Shown here: positions 39,070-47,990 of the stretch, piece after piece
How the letters are laid out: each line of letters opens with the position of its first letter
Numbering within the stretch: the first letter of the stretch is position 1
NCBI GenBank assembly: GCA_934130595.1
Contig: CAKOYF010000006.1
Span: 8,994-72,993, forward strand
DNA length: 64,000 nt
Direction of reading: 5' to 3'
Source: an uncultured Clostridia bacterium
Lineage (GTDB): Bacteria > Bacillota > Clostridia > TANB77 > CAG-465
Position numbers and translations under genes: made by a program
The notes under the pieces: model-generated
What the model saw: the letters and a program-made list of their open reading frames with translations, nothing else
Told to the model about the DNA's origin: nothing
Databases searched by the model: none

Positions 39070-39774
39070 ATGAGAATAGTATTAAGTTTTATATTTATAT
39101 TTTATATTGGTAGCACATGTGGATGGATACTAGAATTATTTTTTAGAAGAATTGTCCATGGAAAATGGGTTAATCCAGGATTTTTAATAGGACCATATTT
39201 GCCTATATATGGATTTGGATTATGTGGTTTAACAGGAATATATTTATTATTTCAAAATTTAGATTTACCAGATATTGCAGTCATAATATTAATGGGAGCA
39301 ACAATGACTTTAATAGAGTTTATTGGAGGTTTATCATTTGTAAATAAACCAGTTAAATTATGGGATTATAGTGATAGATGGGGAAATTATAAAGGAATTA
39401 TTTGTCCACTTTTTTCTATGATTTGGACAGCAATAGGTGCTTTATATTATTATTTTATAGCTGGCTTTATAATAGAAAAGCTAGAATGGTTTAATAACAA
39501 TCTATCATTTTCTTTTGTACTTGGATTCTTTTGTGGAATAATATTAATAGATTATGTATATTCTACAAAACTATTAACAAAAATAAGACAATATGCAAAA
39601 GACAGCGGTATAGAAGTAAGATATGAAGAATTGAAGTGTCAAATAAAAGAACTAAAAGAAAAGAGTGAAGAAAAATACTCATTTATATTTGCATTTAAAC
39701 CAACTAAATCAATGGGATTAAAAGAATTTATAGGAAAATATAAAAAAGATGCTAGAGCAAAAAAAGAAAATTAA
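39070..39774 (+). CDS. membrane protein of the 'putative ABC-transporter type IV' (CmpB-like) family
   Basis: CGWILELFFRRI...NPGFLIGPYLPIYGFG pattern typical of that family. About 6 TM helices. Confidence 0.5.
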   Translation: MRIVLSFIFIFYIGSTCGWILELFFRRIVHGKWVNPGFLIGPYLPIYGFGLCGLTGIYLLFQNLDLPDIAVIILMGATMTLIEFIGGLSFVNKPVKLWDYSDRWGNYKGIICPLFSMIWTAIGALYYYFIAGFIIEKLEWFNNNLSFSFVLGFFCGIILIDYVYSTKLLTKIRQYAKDSGIEVRYEELKCQIKELKEKSEEKYSFIFAFKPTKSMGLKEFIGKYKKDARAKKEN

Positions 39775-39783
39775 TAAAAGCTT

Positions 39784-39816
39784 AAGGAGGTGATATATTA
39801 TCACTTCCTTTTTTTA
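39784..39816 (+). terminator. terminator after the CmpB-like gene
   Basis: AAGGAGGTGATA pairs with TATCACTTCCTT (12 bp, one G-U), followed by T7. Confidence 0.7.
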
Positions 39817-39851
39817 TATAAAAATGTAAAAAATAAAAAAATATTTTTTTC

Positions 39852-39884
39852 GTCATTTAGTAGTCACATACAGTATAGTATAAT
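39852..39884 (+). promoter_or_regulatory. candidate response-regulator site plus -10 upstream of the ABC operon
   Basis: Direct repeat GTCAT (39852-39856) / GTCAC (39863-39867) at 11-bp phasing in the -35 region. TATAAT at 39879-39884. Confidence 0.35.
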
Positions 39885-39913
39885 TAAGTTGTAAATTGAA
39901 AGGAGTGCTTTTG

Positions 39914-40585
39914 ATGGAGATATTAAAAGTAGAAAATTTAACAAAAATATATGGAAAAGGAGATACAAAAGTAGTTGCACTAGATAATGTTTCATTTAGT
40001 GTAGAAAAAGGAGAATTTGTAGCAATTGTAGGTGCTTCTGGAAGTGGAAAATCAACATTGTTGCATCTAATGGGAGGCGTTGATAGACCAACTAGTGGAA
40101 GTGTATATATTGATGGAAAAAATATATATAAATATACAGATGACGAATTAGCAATATTTAGAAGAAGACAGATAGGATTAATTTATCAGTTTTATAATTT
40201 AATTCCAATATTAAATGTAGAAGAAAATATAACTCTACCATTGGATTTAGATAATAGAAAAGTAGATAAACAAAGACTTGAAAATTTATTAAAACTATTA
40301 GGTCTAGATAAAAGAAGATATCATTTACCAAATCAGCTATCTGGCGGTCAACAACAAAGAACATCAATAGGAAGAGCCATGATTACAAGTCCAGCTATAA
40401 TACTTGCAGATGAGCCAACGGGTAATCTAGATTCTAAAGCAAGTGATGAGATAGTTGAATTATTAAAAAAATCAAATAAGGATTTTAAACAAACAATAAT
40501 AATGATTACTCATAATATGGATATTGCTAAAGAGGCAGATAGAATTATAAAAATCGAAGATGGAAAAATTGTTAAGGAGGTATAA
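39914..40585 (+). CDS. ABC transporter ATP-binding protein (MacB/BceA-like)
   Basis: Walker A GASGSGKST, signature LSGGQQQR, Walker B ILADEPT. ATG follows AGGAG. Confidence 0.9.
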   Translation: MEILKVENLTKIYGKGDTKVVALDNVSFSVEKGEFVAIVGASGSGKSTLLHLMGGVDRPTSGSVYIDGKNIYKYTDDELAIFRRRQIGLIYQFYNLIPILNVEENITLPLDLDNRKVDKQRLENLLKLLGLDKRRYHLPNQLSGGQQQRTSIGRAMITSPAIILADEPTGNLDSKASDEIVELLKKSNKDFKQTIIMITHNMDIAKEADRIIKIEDGKIVKEV

Positions 40586-40587
40586 CT

Positions 40588-43170
40588 ATGACAATTCTTA
40601 GCAAAATATCTTTAAAAAATTTAAAATTAAATAAAAAAAGAACCATTAGTACAATAATTGGAATAATTCTATCTGTTGCACTAATTTGTGGTGTTGGAAA
40701 CTTAGTAACTAGTGCTCAAAAAACTATTATAACAGGGAGCATAAATAAAAGCGGATACTATCATTTAAAGCTTAATGATATAGCACAAAGCGATGAAGCG
40801 GAATTAAAAAATAATAGAAATATAAAAGATATTAAAATAATATACCAAAATGGATATGCTATTTTAAAAAATTCACAAAATGAGGATAAACCATATATAG
40901 GAATATATTCTATGAGTCAAGATGTATTTAATGATTTGAAATTTAACCTAAAAAGTGGAAGATTTCCTACAAATAGTGATGAGATAGTTATAAATGAACA
41001 AATAATAAATAATGCTAAAGTGCAATATAAAATAGGAGATACTATATCTTTAGAACTAGGTACTAGAGAAGGTACTGATGGACAGTTAGATAAGAATTTT
41101 GAAGATACATATTATCCTGATACTGAAAATTTAGTTGTAAACACTAAAAAAGAATATAAAATCGTAGGAATAATGGAAAGACCTTCTACAGATTTTGAGG
41201 CATACTGGAATCCTGGTTACACAGCTATTACAACTAACGATAATACAGGAAAAGAAATTGCTTATGTTATATTAAAAAATCCTTATGACTATAAAAAAGC
41301 TTTACCTAATATATTAGGAGTAGAAGATTATAAAACAATTATAACAGCGTATACTCAAGAAACAAGATATGGCACAAGCTATAAAATAAATAGTGATTTA
41401 TTAAAATGGGAAGCAATGGCCTTTAGTGATAATACAATTTCATCATTATATTCAATAGCAGGAGTAATAATTGCAGTTATACTTATTGCTAGTGTATTTT
41501 GTATTAGAAATTCATTTGCTATTGCTACAACAGAGAAAATAAAGATGTATGGAATGTTATCAAGTGTAGGAGCTACTAAAAAGCAAATAAAGAAAAACGT
41601 TCTTAATGAAGCTTTAATGCTTGGAGCAATAGGAATACCTTTAGGTGTATTAAGTGGAATAGTTGCAATATTTATATTAATAAAAGTAGTAAATGCAATA
41701 CTAACAAAAAGTATTTTAGCATATGTTGATGGAATCTGTTTTAATGTTTCAATTGTATCTGTTTTAATATCTGTAATATTAGGAATTTGTGTAATATACT
41801 TGTCTGCTATATCCTCTGCAATAAAAGCAAGTAAAGTAAGTCCTATAGAAAATCTAAGAGGATCAAGAGAAATAAAATTAAAAAATAATAAGATGAAAGC
41901 TCCTAAAATTATAAAGAAAGTATTTAAAACTGGTGGAGTATTAGCATATAAAAACTTAAAAAGAAGTAGAAAAAAATATAGAGCAACAGTTATATCAATG
42001 GTAATAAGTGTATTTTTATTTATTACAATGAGTAGTTTTATTTTATATGGGTTTGAAAGTACATCAAATTATTACACAGATTATGATTATAACGTTGTAT
42101 TAAATAGAGGAATGAATCCAATTGATCAGGGCGATTTGAATAAGATAACTAGTATAGAGGGCGTTACTGATGTGTTTAAACTATATTCAGATAACACAGA
42201 AGATTTTAAGATTTTTGATACCTCAAAAGTTAATCTTCAAGATGAATTTGAATTAAGTGAAGATTATGAATATGATGAAGAAAAAAATGAATATGTAGAT
42301 ACTGGTAAAGGAAAATACATAGCACCAATAGTATATGCATTAGATGCCAAATCTTTTGAATGTTTTTGTAAAAAAATTGGAGCGGATTATAACAATATAA
42401 AAGATAAAGCAATCCTTTGTGATTATCAATCAGCATACATTGAAAAAGATGGAGAATACAAGAAAATTAGAAGATACAATTATAATACTGGAGATGAAAT
42501 GGTTGGATATATTAATGGTGTAGAAACTAAGGTAAAAATTGGAGCTGTATCAGAAGAAAAACCATATGGTATTGAAAATTCATACTATTCGATTGGTACC
42601 TTAGTATTAAATGTAGATGAGTATCCAAATTTAAAATTTGAAATTGAGAAAATTTGTGTTAATGCAAAAGATGCTGATCAATTTGAGTCACGAGTTAAGG
42701 ATATAAATAGTGGAATAAATTGCTATAATTTAGATGAACAAGCAAAAAGCGAAAAGGCTATGATACTAATAGTTAATATATTCTTATATGGATTTATATC
42801 AGTAATAGCTTTAATAGGAGTTACTAATATATTTAATACAATAACTTCAAATATGGAATTAAGACAAAAAGAATTTGCAATGTTAAAAAGTATTGGAATG
42901 ACTAGAAAAGAATTTGATAGAATGATTAACTTAGAAACTATATTCTATTGTACAAAAGCACTTATTTATGGAATAATATTAGGAATAATAGGTTCGTATA
43001 CTGTGTATAGCATGTTTAAAACATTTAATATAACATTTAAATTACCTATATCTTCAATACTTATTTGCAGCATTTTTGTATTTTTATTAGTATTTATAAT
43101 AATGAGATATTCTATTAATAAAATAAATAAACAAAATGTTATTGAAACAATAAGAAATGAAAACGTATAA
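40588..43170 (+). CDS. FtsX-family ABC transporter permease with two FtsX modules and large extracytoplasmic domains
   Basis: 860 aa. N-terminus LKNLKLNKKRTISTIIGIILSVAL. Two MacB/FtsX-type 4-helix bundles (around residues 290-420 and 730-850). Confidence 0.85.
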   Translation: MTILSKISLKNLKLNKKRTISTIIGIILSVALICGVGNLVTSAQKTIITGSINKSGYYHLKLNDIAQSDEAELKNNRNIKDIKIIYQNGYAILKNSQNEDKPYIGIYSMSQDVFNDLKFNLKSGRFPTNSDEIVINEQIINNAKVQYKIGDTISLELGTREGTDGQLDKNFEDTYYPDTENLVVNTKKEYKIVGIMERPSTDFEAYWNPGYTAITTNDNTGKEIAYVILKNPYDYKKALPNILGVEDYKTIITAYTQETRYGTSYKINSDLLKWEAMAFSDNTISSLYSIAGVIIAVILIASVFCIRNSFAIATTEKIKMYGMLSSVGATKKQIKKNVLNEALMLGAIGIPLGVLSGIVAIFILIKVVNAILTKSILAYVDGICFNVSIVSVLISVILGICVIYLSAISSAIKASKVSPIENLRGSREIKLKNNKMKAPKIIKKVFKTGGVLAYKNLKRSRKKYRATVISMVISVFLFITMSSFILYGFESTSNYYTDYDYNVVLNRGMNPIDQGDLNKITSIEGVTDVFKLYSDNTEDFKIFDTSKVNLQDEFELSEDYEYDEEKNEYVDTGKGKYIAPIVYALDAKSFECFCKKIGADYNNIKDKAILCDYQSAYIEKDGEYKKIRRYNYNTGDEMVGYINGVETKVKIGAVSEEKPYGIENSYYSIGTLVLNVDEYPNLKFEIEKICVNAKDADQFESRVKDINSGINCYNLDEQAKSEKAMILIVNIFLYGFISVIALIGVTNIFNTITSNMELRQKEFAMLKSIGMTRKEFDRMINLETIFYCTKALIYGIILGIIGSYTVYSMFKTFNITFKLPISSILICSIFVFLLVFIIMRYSINKINKQNVIETIRNENV

Positions 43171-43245
43171 TTATAAAAAAATGATATAAGGGGCTAGTAA
43201 AGTCCCTTATACTATTATATAATATATCTAAATAAGGAGTACGAA

Positions 43246-43899
43246 ATGAGAATATTATTAGTTGAGGACAATCTCATGGTTGCAAAAGGAATAATATATT
43301 CTTTAGAGCAGAAAAACTATGATGTAGTTCATAAAGTAAATTCAATGCAAACAAAGGAATTTTTAAAAGATAATAGTGTGGATTTAGCTATACTTGATGT
43401 ATCACTTCCAGATGAGGATGGATTTGAGTTATATGAGAAGAACTTAAAGGTTAAAAATATATCTACTATTTTTTTAACAGCAAAAGATGATGAAAATGAT
43501 ATAGTAAAAGGATTAGAACTGGGAGCAGAAGATTATATTACAAAGCCTTTTTCAATAAAAGAACTTCTTGTAAGAATCAATAAAATATTACTTAGAAAAA
43601 GAAAAAATACAATAGTTAAAGTAAAAGATATTGAATTTGATTTAGATAAGATGGCAGTATATAAAAATGATGAAAAGATACCACTTACAAGTTTAGAGAT
43701 TAAAATACTATATTTATTATTTACAAATATAAATAAAGTAGTTACTAGAAATTATATACTTGAAAAAATCTGGGAGTGGACAGGTAATGATGTTAATGAT
43801 AATACTGTTACTGTTTATCTAAAAAGAATAAGAGAAAAACTATCTAGTGATATAATAATAACTATTAAGGGAATAGGATATAGGATTGATGAAGAATAA
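43246..43899 (+). CDS. OmpR-family response regulator
   Basis: Receiver domain with ILDVSLPDEDG and TAKD. C-terminal winged helix ending GIGYRI. Confidence 0.9.
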   Translation: MRILLVEDNLMVAKGIIYSLEQKNYDVVHKVNSMQTKEFLKDNSVDLAILDVSLPDEDGFELYEKNLKVKNISTIFLTAKDDENDIVKGLELGAEDYITKPFSIKELLVRINKILLRKRKNTIVKVKDIEFDLDKMAVYKNDEKIPLTSLEIKILYLLFTNINKVVTRNYILEKIWEWTGNDVNDNTVTVYLKRIREKLSSDIIITIKGIGYRIDEE

Positions 43900-45112
43900 A
43901 ATTGAATTAAAGAAAACGTTAAAAATTGTTTTTTTATTTATATTAATATTAATTAGTTTATTTGAAGTTGTAAATCTATTTGAATATAGAAAATATACGC
44001 ACGAATACAATCAAAAAATTGAGAGTGTTATTTCAAATGTAATTGAAAAATATCCAAATGCAGATGAGGATGAATTAGTTGAAATATTAAGTGATTACTC
44101 AAAAGAGAGTTCAAATATATTAGAAAAATATGGAATAGACTTAAAAAAGGATTCAGCTATACTGAAAAACCAAAAGTATTTTGCATATTTTAATGTAGCA
44201 CAACTAGTAGTTATAGTGGTACTTTCTACTGGAATAATTGTAATTTTTATTATGTACAATTACAATAAAAATAAAAAATTAGATGAGATTACAAGTTATA
44301 TAGAAAAGATAAATAATGGAAACTATAGGCTTGATATTGATGATAACACAGAAGATGAACTGTCAATTTTGAAAAATGAAGTATATAAAACTACAGTTAT
44401 GCTCAGAGAGATAGCACAAAATTCTCAAAAGGACAAAGCAAACCTTAAAGATGCTTTATCAGATATTTCGCATCAGTTAAAAACGCCTCTTACATCAATG
44501 AATATAATGATAGATAATATTTTAGATGATCCTAATATGGATAAAAATATGAGAACAGAGTTTTTAAAAGATATAAAAAAAGAAGTGTTTAATATTAGCT
44601 TCCTAGTAAATTCATTATTAAAACTCTCAAAACTTGATGCAGATAGTGTTCAGTTTATAAACAAACTAGAAAATATAGAAGATATCTTGAAAAAGAGTGT
44701 AGAAAATGTAGCTGCAATATGTGATTTGAAAAATATAAAGATAGAAGTGTATGGAAAAGAAAATTGCAATATAAATTGTGATTTGAGATGGCAAGTAGAA
44801 GCAATAACTAACATATTAAAAAATTGTGCTGAACATTCACCAATTGGGTCTAGTATAGAAATATCATATTTAAAAAATAAGTTATACACTCAAATTAATA
44901 TACAAGATCATGGAATAGGAATAGACAAAGAAGATTTACCACATATTTTTGAGAGATTTTATAAAGGAAAAAATTCGTTAGAAGACAGTGTTGGAATAGG
45001 ACTAGCTTTATCTAAAAGTATAATTGAAAAAGACAATGGATATGTAAATGTTGAATCACAAGTAGGAAGAGGTACTAAATTTACTATAAAATATTATAAT
45101 GATTTTTCTTGA
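43889..45112 (+). CDS. sensor histidine kinase
   Basis: Two TM helices flanking a ~70-aa loop. H-box SHQLKTPLTSM, N and G boxes (NCAEHSP, DHGIGI, GIGLALSK). Overlaps the RR stop. Confidence 0.9.
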   Translation: MKNKIELKKTLKIVFLFILILISLFEVVNLFEYRKYTHEYNQKIESVISNVIEKYPNADEDELVEILSDYSKESSNILEKYGIDLKKDSAILKNQKYFAYFNVAQLVVIVVLSTGIIVIFIMYNYNKNKKLDEITSYIEKINNGNYRLDIDDNTEDELSILKNEVYKTTVMLREIAQNSQKDKANLKDALSDISHQLKTPLTSMNIMIDNILDDPNMDKNMRTEFLKDIKKEVFNISFLVNSLLKLSKLDADSVQFINKLENIEDILKKSVENVAAICDLKNIKIEVYGKENCNINCDLRWQVEAITNILKNCAEHSPIGSSIEISYLKNKLYTQINIQDHGIGIDKEDLPHIFERFYKGKNSLEDSVGIGLALSKSIIEKDNGYVNVESQVGRGTKFTIKYYNDFS

Positions 45113-45177
45113 TTATAAGCTAAATTTATGTTAAACTTATACTACTTGAAATATAATTTAGAAAGGAAGTAGAAAAT

Positions 45178-45678
45178 ATGGGAGGAGTAAGTGTACTTAT
45201 ATTACTTGGATTTTTATCTGCTATGTTTTTTGTTTTGGCTGCATTATTTTTTGCAGTGGTGATTTATTTAGTAGTAGGATACATTTTTGAGAGTATAGCA
45301 ATACACAAGATGTGCAAAAATCTAAACTACAAACATTGTTTTACAGCCTGGATACCATTTTATAATAAATATTTAATGGGGAAAATTTCAAAATCCAAAG
45401 CAGAAGGGATAATTGTATCAATGTTTGATGCAGTATCATTTATACTTTTAGGATTTTTATATGGATCATCACAATATAATGAGTGGATAATGCTAACATT
45501 TTTAATTTTAATTATAATTTCATTTGTACTAAAAATAGTGATGTCTCATAAAATATTTTCCAAAGCTTTAGGAAAATATGGAGACATTATGACTATATTT
45601 AGTGTTTTAAGTCTTGGATTTTTAAGACCTATTTTCTTGTTTTCAATTAGAGATTGTAAAAGATTATATAATGAATAG
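45178..45678 (+). CDS. hypothetical 4-TM membrane protein downstream of the TCS
   Basis: 166-aa hydrophobic ORF with SD GGAAG. No recognisable motif. Confidence 0.55.
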   Translation: MGGVSVLILLGFLSAMFFVLAALFFAVVIYLVVGYIFESIAIHKMCKNLNYKHCFTAWIPFYNKYLMGKISKSKAEGIIVSMFDAVSFILLGFLYGSSQYNEWIMLTFLILIIISFVLKIVMSHKIFSKALGKYGDIMTIFSVLSLGFLRPIFLFSIRDCKRLYNE

Positions 45679-45683
45679 TAGAG

Positions 45684-45717
45684 TAAGAGGAAAACGATTT
45701 TTTCCTCTTATTTTTTT
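45684..45717 (+). terminator. terminator after the membrane protein gene
   Basis: TAAGAGGAAAA pairs with TTTTCCTCTTA, followed by T7. Confidence 0.7.
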
Positions 45718-45783
45718 ATCTACGATACGTAGGTTGTATTTTAGTACATAAATGATATAATTTTTTTTAGGAGGAAATTTTTA

Positions 45784-46004
45784 ATGAATACTTATGTAAC
45801 TGGAAAAATAATAAAAAATTAAGGAAAAGCAAAAAGATGACACAACTAGAACTAGCAGGAATTTTAGATGTTAGCGATAAAACAATAAGTAAATGGAAAA
45901 CAGGAAAAGGATTACCGGATATAGCAATAGTAGCACCATTAGCTAAAGCATTATGTGTTAGTGTAATAGAGCTTATGAACGGAGAATATATAGTGTTTAA
46001 ATAA
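45784..46004 (+). pseudogene. XRE-family HTH regulator interrupted by a frameshift in an A6 tract
   Basis: AGGAGG + ATG 45784 gives MNTYVTGKIIKN then stop (45820-45822). The adjacent frame continues KKLRKSKKMTQLELAGILDVSDKTISKWKTGKGLPD... to TAA 46002-46004. The frames join at AAAAAA (45813-45818). Confidence 0.7.
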
Positions 46005-46093
46005 AAATGAAGGTATGTAAATGAAATGCACCACAAATGTTGTCTAACTTTCGTTCAACTTTTTAGGTTCACTTCAAAAATACCTTCATTTTT

Positions 46094-47818
46094 TTACTCT
46101 ACAACAGGTGGAATAAAGTTTTCAATTGCATCTCTTAATTTGGGATGATGGATTACAAAGTGAATAGATGGAGCAGTAGCTTTAGAAATCATAACCCAGT
46201 TTTTTTCACACATTAAAACTTGTATATTTTTAAAAGTATGAGTGACATTAATTTTAAATTTATAATTTGGATTTTCATTACTATATTTTTTTGTTAATTC
46301 TAGATGCTTCATATATTCATCATAAGTATAGTAAATCTTTTTCTCATAAAAACAATCAGACAAGCAAAGATAAGGTGAAGCTTTTTCAAAATCTTCTTTA
46401 CTTATTTCTTGAATTTCGTCTTCAAATATATTTTCTTTTATTACTTCTTCAATTATTTTATTTTGCATTTTAACAGAATTTTTTATTATTTCAATATCTT
46501 TATCTGGCACATTGTTGCGTTTTAACATTTCTAGTAATAATTCATTAGATATTGTATGAATTGGAAGAGAAGATAAAATTCTTCTTCTATTAGCTTTTGT
46601 TTTTGCACTTGAATTCAAAAATATGTTATATGAATTTATAGAATCTTCTCTATATATTTCCATAAGAGGTGTAGCTTTGTTTAGTAGAAGTTTTGCTTTT
46701 GTCTTGTAGTAATTTAAATCATTTTTAGAAGTTAGTAGTGTATATTTTCCTTTATCATGAGATCCAGTTATACATTCTCCTGTAAGAGCAACGTTTTCTG
46801 AAATGTAGTCAAAATGACAATAGAAATTACTATGAGGACCTTTTAAAAAGTAAGGTGAGACTTGTCCTGTCATGTATATAGGTATCCAGCTTTCTAGCCC
46901 TAACATCATTTCATTAAAAGGTCTATCAATGTTATGAATAATGTTTAGATGAAGTCCTTTTTTTAGCATCATTGCAATTGCAAACATCCATTTTTTTCCA
47001 AAATCAATATCTTCTGCCATATCTTCCATAGGCATATCACTACACATAAAAACTGGCTCATTTGACTTAGAAAGTACAGTTGTTTTAAAAAAGTCTAGTT
47101 CTCCTTTTTTCATTTCTTTTATACCATAATATGTTTTAGAAATAGGTTTATAAAATGGAATAAAAGGAACTTTTAATTCATTAAAATGTATTGCTTTTAT
47201 ATATTCATTTAAATCAAATTCATCTAAGTGAACTAAGAAATCATCTATATAATTTTTTGGAGAAGAAGAGTTTGTTAAAATCCAATTTTCAAGAGCAGAA
47301 TAATATTTAGATTTAATTTTTAACTCATCAGTACTGCTTTTAGTTATCAAAGATATAGTCTCTAAATCTTCCTCAGTAGTATATTTAGATGTTATATAAT
47401 TACATACTCCTTCAACAAAGCTTTTTGGCTTAGATGGAGTTCTACTACCATTTCGTATTTTAGAAATAAATGAAGCGTCATAATTAATAAAACGAGCTAA
47501 ATCTGCAATATTAATATTTAAAACACTAGCTAATTCATTAAAATTACTTCCTAGTTGTTCTAAAGAAATAGTTATATCATTTAAGGTGCTAGATAAACAA
47601 AGATAAATATCTTTTTTAGATATATTTTCTTTATCTTTTCCTAACATATATAATCCATTAACTAATGATTCGAATTGTTTACTTTTTATATTTGGAGTTC
47701 TTTCTCCATTACGATATCTGCTAATAACAGCTGAAGAAAGTCCAGAAGCAGATATTAAATCTTTTGGGGAACATTCAAATCTTTCCATATAATTGTTTAG
47801 TTGCTGTGAAAAATTCAT
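46094..47818 (-). CDS. large (574 aa) regulator with two N-terminal XRE-like HTH modules and an uncharacterised ~400-aa C-terminal region
   Basis: Two copies of an HTH recognition pattern: GLSSAVISRYRNGERTP and DASFISKIRNGSRTP. SD GGAGG lies upstream on the minus strand. Confidence 0.7.
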   Translation of the reverse strand: MNFSQQLNNYMERFECSPKDLISASGLSSAVISRYRNGERTPNIKSKQFESLVNGLYMLGKDKENISKKDIYLCLSSTLNDITISLEQLGSNFNELASVLNINIADLARFINYDASFISKIRNGSRTPSKPKSFVEGVCNYITSKYTTEEDLETISLITKSSTDELKIKSKYYSALENWILTNSSSPKNYIDDFLVHLDEFDLNEYIKAIHFNELKVPFIPFYKPISKTYYGIKEMKKGELDFFKTTVLSKSNEPVFMCSDMPMEDMAEDIDFGKKWMFAIAMMLKKGLHLNIIHNIDRPFNEMMLGLESWIPIYMTGQVSPYFLKGPHSNFYCHFDYISENVALTGECITGSHDKGKYTLLTSKNDLNYYKTKAKLLLNKATPLMEIYREDSINSYNIFLNSSAKTKANRRRILSSLPIHTISNELLLEMLKRNNVPDKDIEIIKNSVKMQNKIIEEVIKENIFEDEIQEISKEDFEKASPYLCLSDCFYEKKIYYTYDEYMKHLELTKKYSNENPNYKFKINVTHTFKNIQVLMCEKNWVMISKATAPSIHFVIHHPKLRDAIENFIPPVVE

Positions 47819-47990
47819 AATAAACCTCCTATAGTATTATATAATTAAATCTATTATAACATATAATAAAATAGGGAAAAAAGTCGATTACCAAAGTGGC
47901 ACGGAAAATTTGGTAAAAAATAAAAAAAGAGAAAATTTCTATGATAAAATTACAGACATAGTTATAAACTTTAGAAAAGGGGTATAAATT

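Noticed and set aside
43185-43212. Hairpin ATAAGGG/CCCTTAT between the permease and response regulator genes as a terminator.
   Set aside because: The stem is short (7 bp) with an 11-nt loop and no T-run. It more likely acts, if at all, as a processing or stability element within the operon.
45767-46036. Minus-strand 89-aa ORF.
   Set aside because: It is antisense to the XRE-type HTH reading frames, whose translation (TQLELAGILDVSDKTISKW...) is far more protein-like. No SD.
47852-47868. Inverted repeat TATTATA-aca-TATAATA in the divergent regulator/operon control region.
   Set aside because: It is composed solely of A/T and is indistinguishable from overlapping -10-like hexamers. The chance expectation is high at this base composition.
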